From: Candidatus Bathyarchaeota archaeon
GTDB lineage: Archaea > Thermoproteota > CALKCG01 > B24 > DRYS01
Reading direction: 5' to 3'
NCBI GenBank assembly: GCA_025058595.1
Contig: JANXEK010000003.1
Coordinates: 4,233 to 68,232, forward strand
Length of the DNA: 64,000 nucleotides
Part shown: one piece after another, positions 30,022-38,437 of the stretch
Numbering within the stretch: the stretch's first letter is position 1
Layout of the letters: each line of letters starts with the position of its first letter
Notes under the pieces: generated by a model
The model's database searches: none
What the model was told of the DNA's origin: nothing
Seen by the model: the letters and a program-made list of their open reading frames with translations, nothing else
Program-made: the position numbers and the translations under genes

Positions 30022-31308
30022 CTATACCCGTGAGATCTTAACTTCTAGGAAATGCGTCGCGCATGAGATGCATGGATCGTATGCTCTAACGAGCATCTCG
30101 CTTCTACGGGCTATCTCATAATCGCTTCTATCCGTATAGTCTTTAAGGTATTCTAGTAGATCGGCTTCGATATTAGCTGCGTTTTGACATGTAGGTGGAG
30201 CTATCGATGTATACGTAACCACGCCGCTATCGTTCAACCGGTAGCTATGGAAGTTTAAGCCTCTAGGAGCTTCGGTTATAGCTGAAGCTTCACCTGCTCT
30301 AAGCTTCGCTTCAACATGCGGCCTACCCTCTAGAGGCTTCTCATCTATGATCATCAAAGCTTTATCTATTAACGTTATTATCTCGGCTAGCCTAGCTATA
30401 TTGGATGCGAACGGGTTGAAGCATGGAAACCTGAACATACTAGATGAGAGTATATCCTTAGCATCATCCGAGAGGTTGCGGTAGTTTATGTTTACACGTG
30501 GAAGGGGTCCGACCATAAAGCTACTTCTACCCTTAACGTATGAATGCTTAGCGGTGGAATACCCTACCTCAACCTCGTATACCTGACGTCTATAATCGTC
30601 CTCCGTCAACTCTAACCCCTCGGTAGATTTGACGATACCATAGTTCACGGGATAATCTCCTCTATCGTAGAAGGCTATATGCTCAGATCTACGTTCGAAT
30701 CTAGGATAGTCGAGACTGGATATGAAGCTTGAATGTTTCAGAGCTAGATTCCTAGCTTCGATAAGCGTATCCTTAAACCTCTTCAACCTCTCTCTTGTAG
30801 GTATAGATGTAAACCCTCCTACGATCGTAGATACTGGATGCACGCTCCTACCACCTATGATCTCGACTAGACTATCGCCTACCTCCTTAATCTTGAAGCC
30901 GGCTTTAACTATATCAGGTTGATCCTTAGCCATAGCTATTATATCGGGGTGACCGGTATAGTCTGGTAGAGCCATAGCGAATAGGTGTAGAGCATGGCTA
31001 CTCAAGATACCGCCTATAGCTGTAAGCTCCCTAAGATACCGTATATGCTCAGGAACCTCTAAACCTAGTATCTTCTCGATAGATTTCAAAGCAGTTATCT
31101 GATGAGTGACAGGGCATACACCGCATATCCTAGAGACTATCTCATGCACCTCGTAATACCTTCTACCGATTAGGAATGCTTCGAAAAACCTGGGAGCCTC
31201 GTAGATCCTAAACTTTAGATCCTCTATAGTATCGCCTCTCATCTTTATCTCGAGAGCACTCTTCCCTTCAACCCTAGAGATATACGGTACATCTACTATC
31301 CTAGCCAA
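30022..31308 (-). CDS. [NiFe]-hydrogenase large-subunit-family protein. Its size resembles group 3 (FrhA/sulfhydrogenase-alpha-like).
   Basis: N-terminal Ni-binding motif RICGVCP, internal EAPRG, and a C-terminal DPCISCATH followed by only 9 residues. 428 aa. No small-subunit or maturation-protease gene is adjacent. Confidence 0.75.
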   Translation of the reverse strand: MARIVDVPYISRVEGKSALEIKMRGDTIEDLKFRIYEAPRFFEAFLIGRRYYEVHEIVSRICGVCPVTHQITALKSIEKILGLEVPEHIRYLRELTAIGGILSSHALHLFAMALPDYTGHPDIIAMAKDQPDIVKAGFKIKEVGDSLVEIIGGRSVHPVSTIVGGFTSIPTRERLKRFKDTLIEARNLALKHSSFISSLDYPRFERRSEHIAFYDRGDYPVNYGIVKSTEGLELTEDDYRRQVYEVEVGYSTAKHSYVKGRSSFMVGPLPRVNINYRNLSDDAKDILSSSMFRFPCFNPFASNIARLAEIITLIDKALMIIDEKPLEGRPHVEAKLRAGEASAITEAPRGLNFHSYRLNDSGVVTYTSIAPPTCQNAANIEADLLEYLKDYTDRSDYEIARRSEMLVRAYDPCISCATHFLEVKISRV

Positions 31309-31473
31309 GTCGCCGACCCCCTGACAGACGTAGCGTAGAACTCTTCCACCATACAGATGAAGGGTATCAGCTTAAGCATCTGAAAATCCTCCTACCGATA
31401 CTACGGATACCATACGTGATAGGCTACCTAGATATAACGCTACCAGATATAAAATATATAGGAGGAGCAGATC

Positions 31474-33315
31474 CTATACGTTACATACCGGTTCTAGACG
31501 ATCCGATAAAACCCTAAACCCTACAGCTAGCGAGGGGCATACCTGCACACATAGACCACACCTACTACACAATCCGCTTTCGAATACAAACCTACCTGAG
31601 AATGTTAACGCTCCCGATGGACATATATCGATGCATAAACCGCACCTCGCACAGAATAGGGATCTAACTAAAGGTTTTAAGAGATACTTCAACCCATCAC
31701 CCCTCGCTATGATGGTAGCCTCCCCCCTCTCCACGTTAACGTATATACGGGAGCTACCGGTTGAAGCTACAGCTATATGGCCCCTCGATCTGAAATCTAT
31801 ACCGTACACATAGCATGAAGCATCCATGAGATATAGATCGAACCCTCTAGGTATACTTAGCTTCACAACGCTACCGTCGCATAACCTCGTCTTCAAGCAT
31901 CTAACCCTACTATCCACATCGATCCTGATGGGCGGATAGATCCTGAAGGAACTCGATATCTTCGACGGCATACCAACCCACCTCCAGAGATGCCTCTCAA
32001 CGTATACTCGATCGTATCCAAGCTTAGAAGCCCATACATCTATATAGCTTAGCCATCTATACCATAGATCTCTATGCAGCCTTTCAACCTCCCTAAACTC
32101 GGCTACGTTACAGTATGGGCATAGATAGCATCCTATCCTATCGAATCCTTCACGATACAACGGGTTAGCACAGGTATCAAGCTTCACCCTCCTCAAGTAT
32201 AGCCATACATGCATCATACTCCAATCGTTTATAGGTGCACAGTAGATTACGTTAGTTAGAAGCCTATTACGCCCTACAGGTTTAGAGCGGCGGCGACTCC
32301 TCGATTCAAACCTCCTCTGCCCTATGAAGCTTACAGCTTCACGAAACATCCTCCTATACAATCTACTCGTAGGTGTAAGCTTACACAGCTTACAACACCA
32401 TCTATAATCCCTAGCCGGTGGACCGTAGACGTCTAGATAGCTCCAGAAAGCATCGCCTGCAGATGCTTCTAGGATATCTAGAGAGAATCTATCGGCGATC
32501 ATACGGACGTTATCTATAGTCTCAGGTAGCTCAAGACCGGTATCGTTGAATACTAGCTGTGGATCCAACCCTGCTTCTAACACTATCGATAACGTAGCTA
32601 AACTATCCTTACCGCCAGAATACGCTACCGTGAGATGAGATGAACCGAACCTCCCCCCCATCTTAACCGTAAACCTACAAGCTCTAGATCTAGCTAGCTC
32701 CACCCCCTCGATATTCGCTTTAAGAATATCATCCAAGCTTCTACGTTTAACGATAGACTCGCAGCATTCGCTTCCACCCCACGTCTTAACAACGTATATA
32801 CGCCTATCGATCGACTCAGCTAAACCTACCGGCTGCCCATCCCTATCGACGAGAGCTATATAGCCATCGCTAAAGCTACTAGAAGCTGGTAGATCTTCGA
32901 GAAATCCTTTACCCTTAGGTTTAGAGTATAGCTTGATAGCAGGTAGCAAGCCTTCTTCGAGAAGCATCCTACAAAGCCATCTAAACGGCTTCAACCTCCA
33001 CTTCAACGTATACAGATCGAAGAATGTATGCGCTACGATAACCCCGCCTACGATTACTTCGAAAGCTTCATCCATATACGGTAACCTATTAACGACTATA
33101 GGCATACCGTCTAATCCGAGACTACGGAGATCCGTATCGAACGATCCCCTCAACCCTTCATCTATACGACGTAGATCACCCTCGAAAGCAGGTCTAGGAT
33201 CTGCTAAACCTGTAAGCTCTACATCCACACCTAAGCCTCCGCATATACCGCATACCCTCTGCAGCAACGGAACACCGCAATTCAGGCACCACGATATCCG
33301 TCTCGATCTAGGCAT
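31474..33315 (-). CDS. Multidomain Fe-S protein with an N-terminal Zn-ribbon, a PAPS-reductase/PP-loop (SGGKDS) domain carrying CC...CxxC-type cysteines, and a C-terminal 2x[4Fe-4S] ferredoxin domain
   Basis: CLNCG...CGICG at the N-terminus. The PP-loop is VAYSGGKDSLATL. Cysteine clusters RWCCKLCK and CYLCPYC. The C-terminus has CARCGLCIDICP and CSRCGLCVQVCP. Confidence 0.6.
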   Translation of the reverse strand: MPRSRRISWCLNCGVPLLQRVCGICGGLGVDVELTGLADPRPAFEGDLRRIDEGLRGSFDTDLRSLGLDGMPIVVNRLPYMDEAFEVIVGGVIVAHTFFDLYTLKWRLKPFRWLCRMLLEEGLLPAIKLYSKPKGKGFLEDLPASSSFSDGYIALVDRDGQPVGLAESIDRRIYVVKTWGGSECCESIVKRRSLDDILKANIEGVELARSRACRFTVKMGGRFGSSHLTVAYSGGKDSLATLSIVLEAGLDPQLVFNDTGLELPETIDNVRMIADRFSLDILEASAGDAFWSYLDVYGPPARDYRWCCKLCKLTPTSRLYRRMFREAVSFIGQRRFESRSRRRSKPVGRNRLLTNVIYCAPINDWSMMHVWLYLRRVKLDTCANPLYREGFDRIGCYLCPYCNVAEFREVERLHRDLWYRWLSYIDVWASKLGYDRVYVERHLWRWVGMPSKISSSFRIYPPIRIDVDSRVRCLKTRLCDGSVVKLSIPRGFDLYLMDASCYVYGIDFRSRGHIAVASTGSSRIYVNVERGEATIIARGDGLKYLLKPLVRSLFCARCGLCIDICPSGALTFSGRFVFESGLCSRCGLCVQVCPSLAVGFRVLSDRLEPVCNV

Positions 33316-33395
33316 AAACCAACCGCATCCCTCTAATATAGAAGAAGTATGGAGGAGATAGGATTTTAAACTATCGAATACAGGTTTATCGTGGC

Positions 33396-34454
33396 TTGAC
33401 AGCTATACGTAGATCAGGCCAGTTCAAGGATAGAGATTTCGTAGAGACACCTGAGCGTATATTCTTCTGCGTCGTAGGAGAAGTCCACCCTGATGGATAC
33501 GTAGTAGCTTACCCGAGGTATATCGCTACAGAGAATACCTCCACCTTATGGAGAGATAGGGAGGGTTTAGCCTACGAGAGGTTGTTGAAGGTTTACAGTA
33601 TGCTATCCTTGAAGAACGCTCTCAAGATACTAGATAGGTATCCATACTATGTCAAGTATCTAGATGCATGGGGGGTTGAGATGCCGTGCATCCCTATCGA
33701 AAGGATAGTTAGGCATCTTAAACCCGAAGAGCGGCTAGAGGAGATCGTACATCGAGGACCGAAAGATACACTCGAAGATAAGCTTATAGAGCTTGTAGAT
33801 ACACTTTCAAGCATATCAGGTATACCGTGGAGATCGTTCGGTGTAACAGGCTCCATACTATTGGGGATACATAACCCTACATTCTCCGATATAGATCTCA
33901 CCGTATACGGTTTAGAGGAGTCTCTAAAGGTTAAGGAGGCTATCCTAGATCTCAAGAGGAGCGGCGTCGTCGAGGAGCTTCCACTAGATCATATCGAGAG
34001 ATCGGTTTACGAGAAGCTGAAACACTACCCTATAGGTGTAGATGATTTGAGGAGGATATACGGTAGGATGTGGCAGAGAGGAGTCTTCAAAGATACCTAC
34101 TTCTCGGTGCATCCTGAACGTCTATTCGTAGACGAACGCTACGGGGAGAAGATGTATAGATCTATCGGTATAGCGAGGGTTAAAGCCGAGATAGTAGACG
34201 ATAGGGAGGGTATATTCCTACCAGCGGTATACTCTATATCCGTTTCAGAATGGCTTGAAGGCGATCGTAGATACGATGTCGAGGAGCTTACATCTTTCGA
34301 TGGATTCCTATCGTCGGCTTTCCATATAGGAGATAGGATCGAGGTGAAAGCTAAGCTAGAGGAGGTTTACGATAGGAGGAGGGGTAGGATCTATCATAGG
34401 CTAGTTTTAGGTACGCTAGAGTATGCAGGTGTAGAGTATGCGAAGATCCTCTAA
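33396..34454 (+). CDS. Predicted nucleotidyltransferase-fold (Pol-beta superfamily) domain protein of unknown function
   Basis: 352 aa with a central hG[GS]x9-13DhD motif (VTGSILLGIHNPTFSDIDLTVYG). The flanking domains are unassigned. Confidence 0.4.
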   Translation: MTAIRRSGQFKDRDFVETPERIFFCVVGEVHPDGYVVAYPRYIATENTSTLWRDREGLAYERLLKVYSMLSLKNALKILDRYPYYVKYLDAWGVEMPCIPIERIVRHLKPEERLEEIVHRGPKDTLEDKLIELVDTLSSISGIPWRSFGVTGSILLGIHNPTFSDIDLTVYGLEESLKVKEAILDLKRSGVVEELPLDHIERSVYEKLKHYPIGVDDLRRIYGRMWQRGVFKDTYFSVHPERLFVDERYGEKMYRSIGIARVKAEIVDDREGIFLPAVYSISVSEWLEGDRRYDVEELTSFDGFLSSAFHIGDRIEVKAKLEEVYDRRRGRIYHRLVLGTLEYAGVEYAKIL

Positions 34455-34459
34455 ACCCT

Positions 34460-35260
34460 TCAGATCTGCGGTAGATACCTCTTCAAAGCTCTGAATACAG
34501 CTAAACCTATCAGTGTAGCTATAACCGTCATCGTAACCCTCTCCACAGCAGATACTGGTAGCATAAACATGAATAGGTCGCCAAGCCCTTTGAGCGGTAT
34601 ATTGGGTAGACCCATCCTCACGGCTAAGACGCCTAGAGCGTTCAACGTATCGCGGATAGTCTTCATAGGAATATACAGTCCTACACCTAGTATGAACATC
34701 AGGTTACCCCACATATGATCAGCCATAATCCCTGCGAAGAACGCTACGAGGAGAGCTACGATAGATCTATAGCTTCTACTAGATTCCTCGAGCCAGCTAT
34801 GAATCCTCCTATTGAAGATCAAAGTTAAAACTACGGCTGTAGCATGTAGGGGTAGAGGGTAGAACGGAGCTTCGAACCCTATAGGCGTAAGATACCAGCA
34901 GCCTACCAGTATAGCTAGTATAACCGCAGCTTTCATCCATCCTAGGTTAGGTCTCCTAGCTATATAGCCTGAGACGTATGCAGAGAAGCCTCCAGCAGGT
35001 ATAGTGAGGAGGCCGAAGATAGTTTGAGGAGGTATAATCCATACTATGATGTTAGCGATCACGGCCGTTAGAGATCCTAGGATCGGACCTAGAATTAAAC
35101 CCATAATCGGGTAGAGGATAACGGTGGGAGATATACTACCCTGACCTTGAGGTAAACCTACTATAGGTATATTCGGTAGAAGCTTCGCTAAAGCTATAGA
35201 TAAAGCTGTGAATACAGCTACTACGGCTACCCTTCTAGCCGATACCCTATGTACATTCAT
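34460..35260 (-). CDS. Integral membrane protein of unknown function
   Basis: 266 aa with about 7 TM segments. Downstream of the radical-SAM gene in the same orientation. Confidence 0.45.
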   Translation of the reverse strand: MNVHRVSARRVAVVAVFTALSIALAKLLPNIPIVGLPQGQGSISPTVILYPIMGLILGPILGSLTAVIANIIVWIIPPQTIFGLLTIPAGGFSAYVSGYIARRPNLGWMKAAVILAILVGCWYLTPIGFEAPFYPLPLHATAVVLTLIFNRRIHSWLEESSRSYRSIVALLVAFFAGIMADHMWGNLMFILGVGLYIPMKTIRDTLNALGVLAVRMGLPNIPLKGLGDLFMFMLPVSAVERVTMTVIATLIGLAVFRALKRYLPQI

Positions 35261-35330
35261 AGCATCCAGTGTAATCTACTACACAGCACATATAAATGTT
35301 TACATAGTAGCTTATAGATTGGATACCGGT

Positions 35331-36323
35331 TCAACCTTCGATCCTAGCTAGATATACGTTATGCTTACAGCCTATCATCCGCAGATATACTCGTCTACCT
35401 ATAAGCTCCTCACCTACACCTACCACCGTTATAACCCTACCTTTAGCTACCGCTAACAGCTCCCCTCTAAGCCAACCTGGAGCTACGATCTCAGCTTCCA
35501 CCTTCATACCGACGGTTAGAGGGGATGGTATCATAGGTCTAGGGTGAATACCGAAATCCTCAGCTCCCAGTACGAGTTTAACGTTGTAGATCCTCTCTAA
35601 TCTACGTAGCTCTCTATAGAATCTACCCCAGGAGAATGGCTTAACACCATACGGCTTCCTACCCCTCTTATGTACTTCATACTTCTGTATACCTAGGGGA
35701 GGCCACCTCTTACCAGCACCTATCCTCAAACTATACTCTATTATCTCCGGTATATCCTGATCGTTAACGCCAGGTATCCATACCGGTGCTACGAGTAGAT
35801 CTAAACCATCCATACCGGCGGCGTATTCAGCTACAGTTTTAACCCTATCCACATCGTAGGATTCATCCCCGGCTATAAACCTAGCCTTCTCCGGATCCAG
35901 AGTATCCATAGATAGGTTTAACCTAGATAGGCCTGCATCCCTTAGATCCTCAAGCTTCCCCTCATCTAGAAGGATACCGTTACTCTGCATCGATACAACC
36001 TCGACGCCATCTATAGATGAAATCTTCTGAACTAGATCGACGAGGTATGGGTAGGTCGTAGGCTCCCCGACTGTATCTATATGAAGCTCTATACCTTTAG
36101 ACCCCTTATACCTTACAACCTCTAAAACCCATTCGTACAGGTAATCCGGATCCGCTATATACTCGGTCGATCTAACCCTAGATCTAGGTCCAGCATCTGT
36201 AGAGCAATAGATACATGAAAGGTTACATATCGTCGTAGGTCTAACCTGAAGTAGATTCGTCCCCCTATCTACCACCCCGAACGCTATACACCCTATAAGC
36301 GGTATCCGACTATCTCTATCCAC
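35331..36323 (-). CDS. Radical SAM protein with a C-terminal TRAM-like OB-fold
   Basis: CNLSCIYCST CxxxCxxC motif. The C-terminal MKVEAEIVAPGWLRGELLAVAKGRVITVVG resembles a TRAM domain. There is no MTTase N-terminal domain. Confidence 0.65.
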   Translation of the reverse strand: MDRDSRIPLIGCIAFGVVDRGTNLLQVRPTTICNLSCIYCSTDAGPRSRVRSTEYIADPDYLYEWVLEVVRYKGSKGIELHIDTVGEPTTYPYLVDLVQKISSIDGVEVVSMQSNGILLDEGKLEDLRDAGLSRLNLSMDTLDPEKARFIAGDESYDVDRVKTVAEYAAGMDGLDLLVAPVWIPGVNDQDIPEIIEYSLRIGAGKRWPPLGIQKYEVHKRGRKPYGVKPFSWGRFYRELRRLERIYNVKLVLGAEDFGIHPRPMIPSPLTVGMKVEAEIVAPGWLRGELLAVAKGRVITVVGVGEELIGRRVYLRMIGCKHNVYLARIEG

Positions 36324-36800
36324 CCTTACAGTACGACGCAGCTCCCGAAACCACCTCGATATATGCTGATACTATGCTAATACAGATATAGCGTAAGATC
36401 GGATAAAACGTTACCACCTACGATACCGGTAGATGACGGAGAAACAACCTCCACGATAGTTGTAGTTTAAAACTTCAAGATATAGCGGGGCCTTCGTCGA
36501 ACAGATACCTAGGAACCTAGGTTTAGCCACACCTCCGATAAACTTTCAGAACCTATATATTCTCTATCCCTCTATCGGATCGAGCATAGCTGGAGATACA
36601 GGATGGAAAACCTCAGATACTCGAATACCCTATCCATCCCATTTAGAGGGATCGACGAGACTTTAACCGAAGCTTCACATATACTTTGCTCGATACCTAG
36701 AAGGATAAGTTAACCATCCTAGCTCCACACCCATCTAGCATAACCCCACTCCTCCAACATCCATAGAAAACCCTTAAGCTTTCGACCTATACCTTCATCT

Positions 36801-36867
36801 ACCCCCCCGGGGGGTAGACCATGAATATTTCCATACCTCCGCCATTAATAATCACCTCAAAATCCAT
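36801..36867 (-). repeat. Copy B of the ~65-nt repeat, the inverted partner of 20472-20536
   Basis: acccccccggggggtagaccatgaatatttccatacctccgccattaataatcacctcaaaatccat equals the reverse complement of copy A except for C/G homopolymer lengths. Confidence 0.7.
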
Positions 36868-37181
36868 GAATTGGTAGCGGTTTTAACCGATCCCATGCTG
36901 AAGATTTACCATCAAACCTTCGATATCTCTATAGGGTAATTCTAGGGTTTCCTTCTCCGAATACTATCGAAGCGGAGAAGAGTTGAAGCATCTATCTAGA
37001 AGCCTCCTTTACCCAAACTGTTTGGATCCTCCAACCTTCGCTCCTCGCAGCTTAAGGCTTCCTAACATAGTAGTATAGATAGACTTGTCACATTGTATTT
37101 CTATGAAGCTATCGAATACCGTATTTACTATATGCTAGAGTAAAAATCTTAATTCGCCTACTCTACAACCCTCTGTAGAGT

Positions 37182-37529
37182 ATGGCTACAGCGAAGCTGA
37201 CGTATATATCGATAGCAGGTTTAGCGCTACTAACCCTGGGAATCTCGCTATTCATAACCTTCCACCTACCTGGGACTGAGAATATCGTGGTGCCATCTAC
37301 ACTCGTAATATTCGGAGCGGTACTATCGATCCTAAGTATAGCTGATCTCCTAGTTGACGAGGCAAGGCTACCAATCCTAGGTATAGGCATACTCCTAATA
37401 AGCTTCGGCGGATTATACTTCGTAGTAGCTATCAGAAGGGAGTTAACGCCATACTTCATATCCATCCTGATAGCATCGCTAGGTTTAACCCTACTCCTCA
37501 TAGGCATTAAACGAACCTACGAATTCTGA
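37182..37529 (+). CDS. Small membrane protein with about 4 TM segments
   Basis: 115-aa hydrophobic ORF. Preferred over the overlapping antisense 114-aa ORF because of its clean TM periodicity. Confidence 0.4.
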   Translation: MATAKLTYISIAGLALLTLGISLFITFHLPGTENIVVPSTLVIFGAVLSILSIADLLVDEARLPILGIGILLISFGGLYFVVAIRRELTPYFISILIASLGLTLLLIGIKRTYEF

Positions 37530-38140
37530 GCCTCGGCTACCGCTTCAACCTCCTCAGCTTTCTCGACGAGCTTCGTTAGAACCTTAATCTTCCTAATACC
37601 TACATGCCTCAACGGAGCTATCTTCTTAGCTTCGTTGTACACATCTGATGCAAGCTTACTTAGAACAGCCTCCTGGACGAACTGTGTGAAATTCAAAGTT
37701 GAAGCCTTCTCAACCATAATCCTCCTTCCTATACTCCTAATAGCTTTAGCTTGACTACGACTTATACGCTTAGCCGTACAGCATAAGAGGAATATCCTAA
37801 GCTTATACCCATCTCTAGTCTCTACATCGAATATACTATCAACCTTACTACTCCCCCTCCTAACAAGACTTCTAAGATAGTCTCCGAGATACTCCTCACC
37901 CTTAAACTCCGTATACGCTTTCCCCCCTTCAACCCTTACTATCTGGAACCTGAGTTTGATATTGATATGGCTGTAATCCCCAGTTATATCGTATAAGGTA
38001 GCTTCGACGCCGCTACCTATAAGCTTAGAAGGATCATCGCTAACAACCGCCGGAAGCTCAACCTCTCCGAAAGCAGGGGGAGCATATACAGGATACCATG
38101 CTTCAGCTTTAACCCTCGCTTTTACTCTAGGTTTCGGCAT
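37517..38140 (-). CDS. rps3ae: 30S ribosomal protein S3Ae (eS1)
   Basis: 207 aa. KARVKAEAWYPVYAPPAFG ... LRFQIV ... matches the S3Ae family. Confidence 0.9.
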   Translation of the reverse strand: MPKPRVKARVKAEAWYPVYAPPAFGEVELPAVVSDDPSKLIGSGVEATLYDITGDYSHINIKLRFQIVRVEGGKAYTEFKGEEYLGDYLRSLVRRGSSKVDSIFDVETRDGYKLRIFLLCCTAKRISRSQAKAIRSIGRRIMVEKASTLNFTQFVQEAVLSKLASDVYNEAKKIAPLRHVGIRKIKVLTKLVEKAEEVEAVAEAQNS

Positions 38141-38170
38141 AGCCTTCTAGAAAGGGCTATACTCAGAGCC

Positions 38171-38437
38171 TTATAAACTCTTTGAAAGATCGATACCTAG
38201 CTTCGCGAACAGATTTTCGAGCATAGCTATATGCATCAATATATCGTCTAAAGCATATGCGAAAGAGCCGATATCTAAACCATACTCGATGTATACCTCC
38301 AACCCTTCACCGCTAACCTTGTAGCCTATAGACAGTCCTCGAGGTAGAAGCTTATCGTCTGGCTTTAAAGCTTCGGAGAATATCCAAGCTAGACGGAAGG
38401 GTAGATGGAAAGATAGCTTCGCCGATAGAGACATCAT
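38171..38437 (-). CDS. Small conserved protein, possibly KEOPS subunit Pcc1-like
   Basis: 88 aa. The SEALKPD ... GEGLEVYIE ... FAYALDDILMHIAML pattern loosely resembles Pcc1. Low certainty. Confidence 0.35.
   Translation of the reverse strand: MMSLSAKLSFHLPFRLAWIFSEALKPDDKLLPRGLSIGYKVSGEGLEVYIEYGLDIGSFAYALDDILMHIAMLENLFAKLGIDLSKSL

Noticed and set aside
33396-34454. CBASS-type cGAS/DncV-like nucleotidyltransferase or CCA-adding enzyme call for the 352-aa NTase-fold protein
   Set aside because: The GS...DxD motif sits too far from the N-terminus for a class I CCA enzyme. The gene is also convergent with its neighbours rather than co-oriented with any effector gene, as a CBASS operon would require.
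20472-36867. Interpretation of the inverted 65-nt repeats as terminal inverted repeats of a 16-kb transposon or integrated element
   Set aside because: The intervening DNA encodes core housekeeping functions (tRNAs, L37e, LSm, ppsA, hjc, moaA) and contains no transposase or integrase. A dispersed small repeat is more parsimonious.
37163-37507. 114-aa minus-strand ORF overlapping the 37182-37529 membrane-protein ORF
   Set aside because: The plus-strand reading shows clean TM-helix periodicity and the minus-strand one does not. Only one can be real, and the plus strand is the better candidate.
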